Translations under genes and position numbers: made by a program
Shown: piece after piece, positions 1 to 13,300 of the stretch
How positions within the stretch are numbered: the stretch's first letter is position 1
Layout of the letters: each line of letters begins with the position of its first letter
NCBI GenBank assembly: GCA_964270895.1
Contig: OZ185443.1
DNA: 64,000 nt
Reading direction: 5' to 3' (one strand)
DNA from: Podarcis filfolensis
Taxonomy: Eukaryota
Notes under the pieces: generated by a model
What the model saw: only the letters and a program-made list of their open reading frames with translations
The model's database searches: none
Told to the model about the DNA's origin: nothing

Positions 1-294
1 GACATTCCTATTTTCATTGGGGAAATGTTGGAGAGTATGGTAAGATGTCCCTGTTTTCATTGGAGAAATGTTGGAGGGTGTAGACTTATCCGACCCCTGA
101 GCCATCTGAAGGCAATCCTGTATAGGGAAGTGTTTTTTTTTAATGTTTCATGTTTTATTATCTTTTTATATATGTTGGAAGCTGCCCAGAGTAGCTGGGG
201 GCAACCCAGTAAGGTGTGTGGGGTATAAATAGTAAAATTATCATTATGGAATGGGACGTCCCTGTTTTAATTGGAGAAATGTTGGAGGGTATGT
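1..294. repeat. Lacertid interspersed repeat: three ~40-bp units flanking an L2-like 3' tail
   Basis: The unit gacRTCCCTRTTTTcATTGGaGAAATGTTGGAGgGTaTg occurs at ~1-40, ~45-82 and ~254-294. Segment ~168-248 (ggaagctgcccagagtagctggggcaacccag...ataaatagtaaaattatcattat) resembles squamate L2 tails. Cut by the window edge. Confidence 0.55.
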
Positions 295-1372
295 AATTTT
301 GATCAAGTCATTGTCAAAGCACTTGATTTTTTAAGGCAAGGGAACCTGGGGCTTGTGAGGTGGATGCACTGGCTTATAAATTAAATTTTGCACTGTAGGA
401 GCCCTGTCCTCTTTTGCATCTGGGCATCCTGACTAGGTGTGATCTCCAGTGATTTAAAAAAGTTTAAAAAACAGTTGTTTTGGGGGGCGGGGTTAGATTG
501 AGGAGTTCGTGCTGGAGGGGAGCATACATGTATGGTTTCCCAATGGGGCAAAGAGCGGCTTGGGTGACATAATTTAGTTCAGGAAAACAACAGGAGAGAA
601 AGGGTTATACTTGTCCCCCACATGCCTCTTCCCTTTAGCTGCTTTTCACTTAAAAACAAAAATCACCACACAGGAAATCCTGATTGCAGATCTCCCACAT
701 CCAGTTGTGTCCTAAAGCTCATAGCCAAAGGTGAAAGATTCCCACTTCTTTGTTTTTACAGAAACAAAACAAAAATCTTCAAGAAGGATATACAGGAGTG
801 AGCAAGAGAAAGAAATTTGAAATGTTAGTTTGAACTCTAGTTTAGACACCAGGAAGCATTTCAGTGGAAAGGCTTCCACTCTATTGCTTACTCACGGTGC
901 TATGACTGCTCATTCTGGTGGTTTCAGTGCACAGTTATGATTGTGTGTTACGTCTGGGTTGTGCACTTCAGGCTTGCTCGTCTGCCTTAACTGCAGCCTG
1001 TCAGCAAGGAATTTCCTTCTGTTGCTCAGCGGCTGTCACTGCTGGAGTGTTTACTTTAACCTATTTTGCTTGGTTTTGATGGTGAAAGAGCACAGGCTCC
1101 TGATAATTATTTTGAGCTCCTTCACTGTGAAAGCTAATTCAGACATCATGCCAGGTATCACAGACAACACCTGTTTTACCTTGTGGTATTTTCTTCCTTC
1201 CTGATAATAGTCACACCTTTTCTTTTCTTTTTTACCTTATTGAGCATCTTTAGATCAAGGTGGGACTTAGATAACTTGCAGGAACACGTGAGCTATTTCC
1301 TTCTAATTTAACAAGAAAGGGTCTTTTCCTTTCTGTGTAACACTTCCTAGGAATTAGAGTCAAGGGTTAAAT

Positions 1373-1691
1373 CAGATTTCAGCAACCTTTTTCAGCCGTC
1401 CCTCAGACCATGTGGTGGGCTGGATTATATTTTTTTTGGAGGGGGGGGAATGAACGAATTCATATGCCCCACAAATAACCCCGAGATGCATTTTAAATAA
1501 GAGCACACATTCTACCCATGTAAAAACACCAGGCAGGCCCCACAAATAACCCAGAGATGTATTTTAAATAAAAGGACACATTCTACTCATGTAAAAACAC
1601 GCTGATTCTGGAACTGATTTCAGTTCGTTGGCTGGATTGAGAAGGCGATTGGGCCGCATCCGGCCCACGGGCCTCAGGTTGCCTACCCCTG
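1373..1691 (-). mobile_element. hAT-Charlie-type MITE with internal ~70-bp tandem duplication
   Basis: TIRs cagatttcagcaacct / aggttgcctacccctg; 8-bp TSD ggttaaat / tgttaaat (7/8); same family as 39751-40000. Confidence 0.85.
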
Positions 1692-2494
1692 TGTTAAATG
1701 AAGGGCTGGGAACTGCATAGGTCTGGGATAGGTCTGCAGCAGTAGAGAGTGAAGTCAACAGGTTGTCAGGTCAGATGCTGCTATCAGTGTGCTCAGCCTG
1801 GGTAGATTTCCTACCTACCCCAAATGTGCCCCGAAAAGTGGCCTCTCTTTGAGTGTGCTTTGAAAGAGTTCAACCACTTTGTTTCCTCCTGGCAAAATCA
1901 GAATAATGTTTCCAGTCCTGAAAAGGATGCTGTTTTTATTCAGGCAACTTTCTGGCTTGTCCTGAAAAAAAATCAAAATGATTGGTTACAGCAGTTCACT
2001 TCCAGAGCGGTAAGAAGTTCTAGAGAGGCAGCATTACCCAGGCTGCATTTCTTTTGATGGAAAGAACACTGGAGACTTAAAATACTGCTTTATTTACAAG
2101 CAACATTCACACTCCAGTGAGGCAGGAGATCTGCTGTGCGGTATCAAGTCAATAGAGAGAGACTCTTTCCTCCTTTGATAACTCCTTCCTTCAGATGTGT
2201 CTCACATTGTTGTTTCTTCACACACATATGCCTCCTCTTAGCTGAGTAAAGGAGAACCCCCTTTCCTCAAGGTTTGATTGCTCTTATCTTTAAAACAATC
2301 AAACAATGTCTTTAGACTCTCAAGAGGACCATTTCATAACCTACTGATTAACTACCAACCAGCTAACCAATCTGGGCAATTGCTAATCTGCCTAACAAAG
2401 GAATGTCTGTCAGCTGTAACAAATGCTTAGTAGGGCCCCAGGTTATGACCAATGGGTGGTATTTAATTAAGTCCTACTCAGAGGTCCTACGTTA

Positions 2495-3506
2495 CCGTAT
2501 TTTTCGCTCGATAACACGCACCTGACCATAACACGCACATAGTTTTTAGAGGAGGAAAACAAGAAAAAAAAATCTGAATGAAACAGTGGATGTATCATTT
2601 TTGTGCTTCATGCTGTGGCCACAGACATGTGATTTGACGGTGAGTTTGGGGTAGCCCAATGCAAAAATCCTGAGAATCCATGTCGATCTGTGCTTTGTAA
2701 CCACTTTTTTGGACCATTGCAGCCCCAGGCAACAGTGGGTGCGTGATTTTTTTTGGTGCAGGCTGTAGCCATGGACATGCTATGTGATCTGATGGTGAAT
2801 CTGGGGTGACCCAATGCAAAGATCCTGAGGATACATGTGCATCCGTGCTTTGTAACCACGTTTTTGCACCATTGCAGCCCTGTTTTTGCATCAGATCATT
2901 GCTATGTGATCTGATGGTGAATTTGGGGTGACCCAGTGCAAAGATCCTGAGGATCTTTGTAACCACGTTTTAAGTGGGGAGGGAAGGAAAAACATAGAAG
3001 GGACAAGGAGCACGAGAGGGGTGTGCGGAGAAGCAGCTGGCTAAGAATGCAAGAGAGGGGTTTAAAGGGGGGGAAAGGAAGGCAAAAGTCCCCCCACCCA
3101 AGCCATCTCTCTCTCTCTCTCTCTCTGCTGCATGTTTTCCGCTGCCTGCGAGTCCCTAGACGCAGCAGCACCAGCAGCACCGGAGCACGGAGAGGAATTA
3201 GAGGGAAGGACGCTCTGCTTTCCCCTCTGCTTGCCTGGAGGGGAGGGGATTTGCCTGCTCTTTGTTCCGTTTGAGCAAACACAGTAACAAAACAGAAGAG
3301 GGTGGGCAGTAAGTCCCTGAGGCAGAATGCAGGAAAGCAGCAGCCTCCTCTCCTCTGTGACGACGCGATATGATTTTTGCCTGATTTTTGCCCTGTACTT
3401 GGGACAGTCAGCTCCAGGGACCACACATTCGCTCAATAACACGCACAGACATTTCCCCTTACTTTTTAGGAGAAAAAATCTGCGTGTTATAGAGGGAAAA
3501 ATACGG
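2495..3506. mobile_element. TcMar-Tc2-type non-autonomous DNA transposon (1012 bp) with internal ~100-bp tandem units and (CT)10
   Basis: TIRs ccgtatttttcgctcgataacacgca / tgcgtgttatagagggaaaaatacgg; TA TSD at 2493-2494 and 3507-3508; no transposase ORF. Confidence 0.85.
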
Positions 3507-6393
3507 TATTTATGTTCTTACATTTATGTCACAGTTCATGCCGGGAACCCAAGGCAGTGTGTGTGGTGCATGTCACATAATGTTCAAGCCACCCCCCACC
3601 CCTCTGAGTGATGACTTCCCTTTGCTCAGAGTCTCAAGTATTGGAAAAGAGCAGGCCTGCTATCCTCTTGAGCCTTCAGACCATACTCTGGGTTCAAGGT
3701 CAGTATATTTTTGGGTCTGCCAACTTTAGTGTGGACTCTCACAAGCTTTTCCTGTTGTTCAACGAAGGGATGAGGTTGCTTTGTAACAGATATCTGATTA
3801 AGGTTTTTGAGAATAAGCTTGGAGAAGTGTTGATTTAGGCTGCAATCCTCGATCCATGTAACTTAGTGGGAGTTTTTTTCCTGCATGGGTGTGTCTGTGA
3901 TTAAATTAATTATTAAAATTGGGTTTTATTTGTACCATGCTGGTCCCAGATTGTAGTATATGTTTGATTTATCTACCTGGTACAAATGTTTCCTGGAGAA
4001 GATATGCTAGAACAGCTATGTAAGTCCAGACTTGCACATATTGATTAGTAATTATCCAGAGATGCATAATAAAGTCAAGTGGGACAACTTGAATTTAATT
4101 ACGTGGCACCAAGCAGGTTTGCCTAAATGAGCAGTGCACAGTAGAGAGGGTGGCTTTTGATTGTTTAATAAAACAAATTAAGAAACCTCAGAGCAGCTTA
4201 TTCTTTGTATTGCTGATTTTTTTTTGTTTGTTTGGCTAACCAGCAGGTAGGGGGCAGGTTTGTGTGTGTATGTGTGTGCTGTTTTGGTTTTGTATCAGGT
4301 AGCAGGTATTTTAACACTATCCCTGTTGCTAATTATTGCTTCAGTAAACAACAGCTGTTCAGATGCAGCTCAGCTTCTTTATCTGCTTTTAAAAAGATTT
4401 GACAGTGCTCAAACTGTAGACGGGTATTGCTGAAAGGGGAGAAAATGTTATAATCATTTCACTCCCCTACTGCTAGCGAGTTTTATGGGCCTTGTTATGG
4501 CAGGCATATTAATTGCTGGTGAGCTGACGTGAAGCAAATTAAACAGCTTTAGTGCTGTGCGTGTTTGCACACTTGGTTGGAAGCAGCTTAACAGCCGTCT
4601 TCTAGAAAGGTTGGTATGTTTAGACTTTAGATTGTTTCCCACATTAAGATGTTGAAATGCCATAAAAAAATAAAGCCTACAACACAATAGTGGTAATATG
4701 CTGTTAGCGATATTTCAAGGCAGCAGAAGTCAAAGGTAAAACGTTGGTTTCTGGAGTGTTGTCCTAGTTCCATGAAACTGTGAGTTGAGTCACCCCAGCT
4801 GTTTGGTGTTCAGTTGCCAGGGGTCATCCAAGTAGGCATAGCTATCAGATAATGTTCAAGCCACCCCCACCCACCTGAGGGATGATTTTCCTTTGCTCAG
4901 AGTCTCTAGTGTTGGAAGAGGCAAGGCAGGCAGAGCAGGCCTGCTGCTTGTTGCTCACCTGGGTGAGTTTGGTGCGCTGACATAGCAGCACCTTCCATTC
5001 CTTCCAGAGCTACACTTTCACCTGTTCTTTTGTGAGTTCCTCCGGCCTCTTTGCTGCCTGGTGGGCTGCGTGCAGAACAGCTGAATAGGAGCCGTGGCTG
5101 TAGTTCACGAAGCAGTCAGAGGTGTTGGCGCTGGGGCCTGCCACACTCAGCTGACCAGAAAACAATTCTTGGCAGCAAGCTCCATTTTGATCTGCCAGGC
5201 GAGAGGAACCTTGTTTGACAAAGCTTCTGCTTGAGGTGAAAAGAAATCTTAAGGGAGTGATTTTTTTGTTTTGTTGTTGTTGCAAGGCCCAGGCATCAGT
5301 GAGCTGAAGCATGAAGCAGCAGTAATAGCCTTTATTTGTGAAACTCTGTGGGCAGTGCTAAGCTGTTAAAATGCAGGATAATTAGAATTCTTCAAACAAT
5401 AGCAAAAGAAATGCAGACTCTGCTTAAATGGCACAAGGCATACTCTGCCCCCTTCCCCCAACCACTTTCTGAGTCTCTCCCAAACTTTTATCCTCCACTA
5501 GGCGGTGCTAGCGTCACATTTGTGGTAGAGCAAATGTGGAAGAACTGATGACTGGTTACCTATAAGGCCTTTTTATGGGTCTAAGCCCCATTTATGATTT
5601 GAGCAGGGGACATATTAACTGTGTAGCAATTTGCACGACCTACAGGGAGCACATGCAGCTTAACTGATGTTTAAAAGACAGGCTCCTTTTAAAGGTTTAC
5701 CTGTCCCTCCTTATTCAGGTTGTTGACATCCCAACAAATTATTCAGGTTGAAAATCCCAATCCTGTTTTCAGGAGTACCGCAAGTGCTTAGTATCTTTGA
5801 TCAAAGCAAGTTGCACTGGTTGCTCTCTTGTAGAGATGTGAACTGCAGGCTGCTCCCCAACCAGTTTGAGACTTTTCCCATTCATGCTCTCTGTTTACAA
5901 GGGAGAGAGGTGGGAGAATTGCCAAAAAGAATTTGCATTTTCAGGAAGCCTGCTGCTCCTGAAAGAGTTCTTCCTTTGAGCTGGAATTTTGGTTTTCAAG
6001 GACCCTTTAAAATCAACGTCTCTGAAGTCCTGTAATCAAAATCCAGAGGAAATTGCTTTTTTATTTTTTTATAAAGCTCTCTACTTATGAAAGTGCATTT
6101 GTAATGGACTTACAAATTCTTATATTACTTCTGGGCTCATAAACTGTGCTTAAATGACAGAAATGAAGAATGAATGGCCTTGGCTGAAGTGGGAGGTGGT
6201 GGAGCTGTTTTTGACTGCCAGCTTGTAATTTTAAGTTATGGATCGGCCAGAAAAAGTGCAGAATGTTGCTTCTGTATCTTTCTTAAAACAGATACACTGA
6301 CTGGTACCCTAATAATAAACAAACTTATTGGGAAGCAATAAATTCAGGGGAATTTACTTCCAAATATAAGGGTGTTTAGGATTGCAGCTTTTG

Positions 6394-6551
6394 CAGGAGC
6401 TGATCGTAGCATTGGGCTGAGGTACCTTCACCCCCCCCAATAAAATATTTGAGGGGTCTGCCCTCAAATGGTGTGTGCCATGTCATGTGACTGATTGTGC
6501 GGGATGGGGCTTACCTGACCCCCCCATATTTTATTCAAGTTGGTACCCCTG
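6394..6551 (-). mobile_element. hAT-type MITE, degraded
   Basis: End ...atattttattcaagttggtacccctg is the reverse complement of caggggtaccaacttgaataaaat; internal aataaaatatttgagggg is typical of a recalled lacertid MITE. TSD not found. Confidence 0.55.
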
Positions 6552-9500
6552 ACGGTTGTAGAGATCCACAGTTCTTGCACTACACAGAGTCTGTTTGCAC
6601 TCTGGCCTTTGTGAAATCTGGACCAAACTAGATGTGATGATGGCAGATCTGTGTGCAAAAAGAGTTTTTGCCACTGAATAATTCAAGTGGCAGGTTGGGA
6701 GGCAATTTAAAAGTGTAGCACTTGGGGCAGGAGAAAGCAGTTGGAACTGTCTGCTCTGCCTATGCTTTCCCTTGGGAGTCTACTTTTTACTAGCTACTCC
6801 TTCCCTGGTCATATACACCCATCAGAAGACACATGGCTTTAAAATAGTTTCAGCTGGAAAAGCAGTAGTGGGGAAGGGCTCATCAGTAGAGGAGAGCACT
6901 GTGTTGGGTGGATGGGCGGGAATAATTGAAGATGGGTGACAAGGTATCTCAAGAGCTTCTGGACCTACTAGGAGCCCCCTTGAAATTACTCCTGGGTGTC
7001 TGTCTCAACACAAGTGAGCCATTTGTATGGACCGGCTTATGTTCTCTTTCCCATAACACCATCAGAGATTTTCTGGAGGTGTAGCATGGAAAACATCCTG
7101 ATTCTCATGGCAAGAACTGCACATGAATGCCCGGAAGGGGCCATCTAAAGCGATCTCTCCATGATAGCTATTCCACGTGCACAACATGAGTTTGCCCTGT
7201 CCTGTGAAGATTATTTGAACCGTCATACAGAATGCGATAATCTTTTAGCTATAAAATGCAACAGACAGATTCTGTCTCTGCTGTAGAATTTTCTGCAGTG
7301 GCTTTAAAACAAGCAACCCAGGGGAAGACTCCCATTTTCTATTAAACCTGATAGGTTTTAGCGTAATTCCTGTGAAAAACCTATTGCTTTCATTGCCTTC
7401 TAAATTGTATGGGTACAATTTCAATGAGGGATAGAAACAACACATTCCCAGGGGGTCAAGTGTGAGTTTTCTGTTCCTAAGTGTCTCAGATTAATTAGAT
7501 CCTGTAATTTCATCCCCTGGAACAATTTGCCGGTGCTAGTTAGAGGACGTATCCAGTAATAACGTTAAGGTAAAGGGTCCCAGTATTTGAATGAGTTTTG
7601 CTTCCTCAAAACTTCAGCTTTATTTTAGGAAAACCTGAAAGTTGTTGACATATGGCTGCCCTAAGCTACAAGGGAACAATGATTCACTTCAAACATTGTT
7701 CCATGCCAGCAAAATTAGGTAAAACAATTAAAGTTGATTTGGCACTCCTACGCGCGCACCCCCCCCGACTTTTTGTGATAGGGAAAGTGATGAGGAAATT
7801 TACTGAGAAGCGTGGGTTAACACTTGCTTGGTGCATGTTTGTATAACCTCTCCAGGAACAAATCAGGATAAATGCTCAACAAACAGGTTATTTGGAAGTG
7901 ACCTAGGAGCCACAGGCAACCAAACCAACTTCCCCCTCTGTAGTAGCCTCAATCATAGATTTATAATATTTCCCCCTATCTTGGTCCTGAACGTAGAAGC
8001 CATGGACTCTAAAATGCACCATTAGGTAATGGGTTAATTCTGAATCTATTTTTCCTCTTATGGAGGACCCCAGGAATTCCTATTCCTCCATGACATAATT
8101 TGAAGTCAAGTTATTTAATAGAAAAGTTTACTCAAAGTTATTAGTAACATGAAGAGACCCTCATGCAAAAGTGTGTGTGTGGGGAGAGTGACTGAGAACT
8201 AGAAAGACGTTAGATACTGGCCTAAATTTTTTTAGGTCTTCCTAAAAAAGATCAACTTTTGGGGTCTGCTGGTTTTTACCTTTTGAAATATGCACATTTA
8301 AATTGGGGTTGCTATATCTCATTCCCTTCATTGGATGGGGCATGAGTGCAGCAGCCCCTATGTGATTGTCCAAGCCTCTGCTCCCACAGGAGAGCCAGGT
8401 TCCCTTTAAGATGGGGTGATACCTGCCTGTTTGGTAGCAGCACCCCTATTCACGACATTTATTTATAGGAACAATTTCCATATTACCTTAACTACAATAG
8501 TCCCTAAGTGGTTTATTAGGTTAATACAAATAGGTCAAAACTACCTATAAAGTAAAACTTCAGTTAAAAGGTCTGCTTGAATGGGAAAAGTTTTCCAGGA
8601 GGTAGTGGAAATCCTATAGTGGAAATCCTATCTGACCTCAGCTGGAAGAGGGACTTCCATAAAATTGGACCCACCAGACTAAACACATGCCCCCTGCTGG
8701 ATGTGAGCCATACCTCCAAGCCATGGGGCATCACTAATCTTGAAGCTGGCCCAGTAGCATAGCAGCAGCCACCAGGGCATACTCCTGAGCATTGGAGTTA
8801 TGTGCTTTCCATTCTACATTTTGTAATTTAACAATAACTTTAAATCTCTATAAAACATATTCCTGTTTATACTTGCATAAATGCAAATGCCACTACATCT
8901 ACAGTTATGCAAATCTTCAGCAGTTATTTTTCTCCTTCTCAGTAGTTTGAAAAATTTGGCACTAAAGCACTTGTAAAGTCAACAATAAAGGCCATCTTGA
9001 AAATCATAGGCTGCTTCCCCTACTACCACTGCCAAGATTTCACTAGTCTTCCATTTTTGAGCAATATAGAGTACAAAAGAGGCTTGCTTTTTTTTTTAAG
9101 TTTCCTTCTGTTGGCTAGACTTTTACATTTACAAGTGATGTTTATTTGTCAGGGTGCCAGTACATCAAACCTCCAGACAAAAGTTTGTGGGTTCTGATCA
9201 AATTTCTAGAACTTAAAAGCCAAAATAACTTTTAACACACTTTAGGGACTTGTTAAAACACTGGTGGTCCATGCAGTTCACAAACCATAGAGTCTATGCC
9301 ATTGCTTCAGAGACCAAATGCAGTTAATACTGTTCATTATTGTTGATTCCAAACTCGGAGCAGGACACCTTAGGTGGAATGTAACTTGTCAACTGAAAGG
9401 GCTGGGTACATATGGCTGCAATCTAAAAAAGAGATTGAGGGGCCAATCTACGCATTTTGTCAAACGTACGTTTGTTTGCAACTGGCCATCTTCTTATTTA

Positions 9501-10317
9501 GCATGAATACCTGCAGTGGGTCTGGCTCTGGCTCTGGCTCTGGATCATAGTCATAGTCAATTTATTTTCTTTCCATCTCTTAAAGTTGTTTTCCTTAAAG
9601 GATTTTCAGTGTTAACAAGGGTACATACGATGTCTCTGTTTTCAATTCATCGAGTCCTTTCTACAGGTCAGTTACGTTCGGTGTGAGACACAGCTGTCAC
9701 AGACATTGTGAAGGGGGGGGAGAAATAAGGGGGTAGTGATTTTTCATTCTTTGGCTTAGTGTATGTGCAAAGTATTTGTGCCAGTGTTGTGAGGATAAGT
9801 TATTTATTTAGCTGTCTTTGTTGGCGGTGCAAGAGATTGGAGAGCCCAGAGTATGGTTGGTTGCATTTAGCTGATTGCAGTAAGTTTTGTTTGTGTGTAT
9901 GAGGGGGCTGGCGGTTGTTGGGTTAAATTAGCCCTATTGATTTCTATGCTGTCAAGGGGTTTATTGGGCTCTGTAATAAAGGCAAGCCATAGTCTATTTA
10001 TTTATATACCACATTTCCCACAAATACATTTGTGCTCGACGTGTTTCATAGGATATAAGAAATTCACAATAATAGTACAAAATCATAATAGAACCACAGC
10101 ATGGCATTAAAAAAAAAACCCAGTGTCATTTTCCTGATGAAAATCATGCCCCAGAACTACTTGCCCTTGAAAATGCTATTGGCTGCAATAGTACTTGTAA
10201 TTATTGTTTTTTAAATATCCTTTTCTTTTGCACAAATAGGTCAGATTGCTTTTTTGTACCCGCCTCTTAGTGGAGGGGTCTGTTACCCAGGTCTTTATAA
10301 CACATATCTGATTGAGG

Positions 10318-10378
10318 TCTGGGATGATGGGAGTTACAGTCCAACAACAGGTAGAGAGCCACATATTCCCCACTGCAG
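10318..10378 (-). mobile_element. Fragment of a common squamate hAT-like MITE end
   Basis: ctgggatgatgggagttacagtccaacaaca...gccacatattcccactgcag resembles the widespread gatgggagttgtagtccaacaacatctggagggcc motif. Confidence 0.45.
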
Positions 10379-13300
10379 ACCTAAATGGATATAGGCTAGG
10401 TTTGACAGGTGCTGCAGTGATGGGCATGCTTGCTTCACCGTTTACGAAGCACACAGTTCACCCTACCTCCAAGATACAGCTTCTCAGTACAGTGGTACAT
10501 AAATGTGAGTTTTAATCTGGGTTTCTGGTAGAGCATCTATAACTTTTTGTCATCTATCTAATCTAGTCTGGCTCTGGATTCATTCAGCACACCCCAGTCT
10601 GGTCATATGACCTAGCCCCCCCCCACAAGTGGTCCACTGCTGAGGCAGACCAACCATTAACAGAAAATGTGTTGTTTCGGCTACAATGCTTAATGTTTCC
10701 TTCAGTAAAATCAGTGTAGTATATCCCCAGATAGTAAACTCTCATGACTCGTATTTGAGACAAAATGTTGCTGCTGTCCTGAAGCTGGACTTGGCTCTAA
10801 GCTAGGATTTCCCCCTTTTATATCAATAGTTTATTAGAGTTCTGGCAGTATTATAATATGGTAATAATTATAGATTGGCTTAACACAGCTGTTATAAGGA
10901 TACACTACAATGTGAAGCACTTTGAACCTTCTTAAGTGTTATACACGTGTGAAGTATTGTAGTGCTGTTGTTGCTGCATTTAGTCATTACTCTATAAAAA
11001 CGCTAATAATGCTTTCAGGATGACATTATTTCCCTTGTAAAATGGAAGATCTGTTTCTCTCATCTGTGTGAAAATACCAAGTCTGTAATCAGCATTTTTT
11101 TTTTTTAAGGTGACATAGAATAACCAATTTGGGCTGGATGAGCATGTTTGTCAAGCTACAGTTGTCACTACAAAGCAAATGTGATGAAGTCTGCCTATTC
11201 TACCTAACATAAAAACATGCAGAGTGTTTTGAAGGCAGCACTTTTCAGCAAATGGTGTGAATTTGGATTGAAGGCTCTTCAGGCCTTGAATGACTTATCA
11301 GTGTCAAACTGGTTATATATAATCAGCTGCTTTAATTAAGTGCTGTGTTTTTTAATATGAAAGGGAATAAGCCTTCATTTTTCATTTTCTCTTAGCTTTA
11401 TGATGCTTAACAATGTGAGGTGTAGTTAATGCTTCTGTAAAGTAGGCCGCTAGAGAGATCCCATGGAGTAATTTGCCTTGCTGAGCTAGCAGTCTGGGCC
11501 ACTGGGCAGAGGGGGCAAGAAACAACTCCCAACTGGGCAGCAAATGAATCAATACTAGCAGTACTGGATCACTTTGCATCTACAAGTAGGAACAGAAAAG
11601 CAATAACACAGTTATAATGTCTGACACACATAGTTAAGAAAACAAATCTAAACGCAGACACATTGGCTTGGCTTTTATTGGAAAGCCTAGATGCAATCTA
11701 TAGTCATCAAGGTGTGGAAAAATTCAGGACACATATAAAGTTCAGAAGGCAAATTAAAAGAACAATACAAATCAGACAAAATTTACATTTCAAAATAGCA
11801 TGAAAGCATTTTGCCTAAAATACTCTGAATCTCCTTATTTTTTGTAGGGTATTTATTTTAATACATTTTCCCCCATTTCTTTTAAATTTTCTTGTTTACA
11901 AATCCCCCAAAGTCTCTGTCTCGTGTAGGAGCATGTCCATCTCAGAATGATTGTTTTTCTCTTTAGTGTATAGCTAGAGAAAAGGCTGCTGGTTGGGCCT
12001 TTATCTAAGTCTAGATGACCATCAAGAGAAACTATAGTTTGGGGGCGACCTGTGCCTAAACCAGGGAGAAAGAACAAGGGCACAGGAAGTAGAAGCTTTA
12101 ATTCTATTCTGACATGTAACACACTGGATATGTTTGCGGTATTCCAAGTCAATAACATTCCACTACATTTTTTGAGCATGAACCTAATTCCACAGTTAGA
12201 GCTGACAAACCTCTAATACAATGCTGTTAAATCCGAGTTAACAGAACTGCAATCCCCATACATTTCCCAGATTAAAATAATATGTGAAATAATGGCACTG
12301 AGCTGTGGGTTTCATGAATCATAGTTGCTAAATTTGGGCTCTTTGAAGGTTGAAAAATAAAAACAAACGTAGCTGTTAATTTGCACTTTAATAAAATAAC
12401 AGCTTTTATTCTAAATGTCAGCAGTTCTGTAGCTTCTACCCAAGGGGTACATGAATAGCAACAGCACTGATAGTGTGGATTCAGTAACTTGCTTGACCTA
12501 CTCATAGCCTGTTTGACAAGACTCCTACTGTGCAGTTGAGAGCACACATAATACTATAGAATCTCGGTGCAGAAAGCAGTTAGGAAACTATTTTTATTTC
12601 ACCCCTTCAGGTATTTAAGACACATTCACCTGCCATTTGTTGCCATTCTGCATACTGAGTACAGCACAATTAACCTTTCTCCCCCTCCCACCCAAAAAAC
12701 CCAAACAAACCCCACAATATTTTAGTCATTTTGTGGCTGAAAGCAGCACTCAGGAACAAGGGATCTTATCCAGAAATACTGAGGAATGTGGGAAGGAGTA
12801 GCCCTAAAAATAAGATGCTCCTCTTTGTCTTTCCCTGCCCACTTACAAATGATGTAACCTCCTCCCACTGCATTTTTAATCAGGCATGGTTCAGTCCAGT
12901 TACAAGTGCTGAGCTTTTTGTAACTGGTGTAGTTATAAAATTTGATGAAGGGGCGGCATATGAGCAGAGGCCAGAAACCAAGGAACACTTTAATGCAGAT
13001 TCTTTAGCACAGGAAGGCTTAGTGGGAAGTACATACGTGAATGTTATTTTTTAATGTTATCTCTGCAAGTCTGAATGGTAGTCTTTTTTTTAAAAAACCA
13101 GCACACTGGAAGCTGAGAGTCTCAGAATTTTGGAAGAGTGATGAATTCTGTTCTACTGAAATAGAATGCATATTGTGAGATTACATGACCTAGATTCCTC
13201 TGAAAGCAGTCTCAGGCATACTAAGAGCCACTGTCTCCCAGTGATGTGATTTTGTTATAAAGTTAGGTGCTGGAGTTCAAACCTGCCAGAGAGCTCTATC

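Noticed and set aside
2595-3442. Overlapping ORFs up to 174 aa
   Set aside because: They lie inside the Tc2 MITE; the repeated peptides come from the DNA tandem repeat; no DDE or HTH transposase motifs.
5008-5312. 100-aa minus-strand ORF with nearby splice-like sites
   Set aside because: No recognisable homology and no phase-consistent partner exons.
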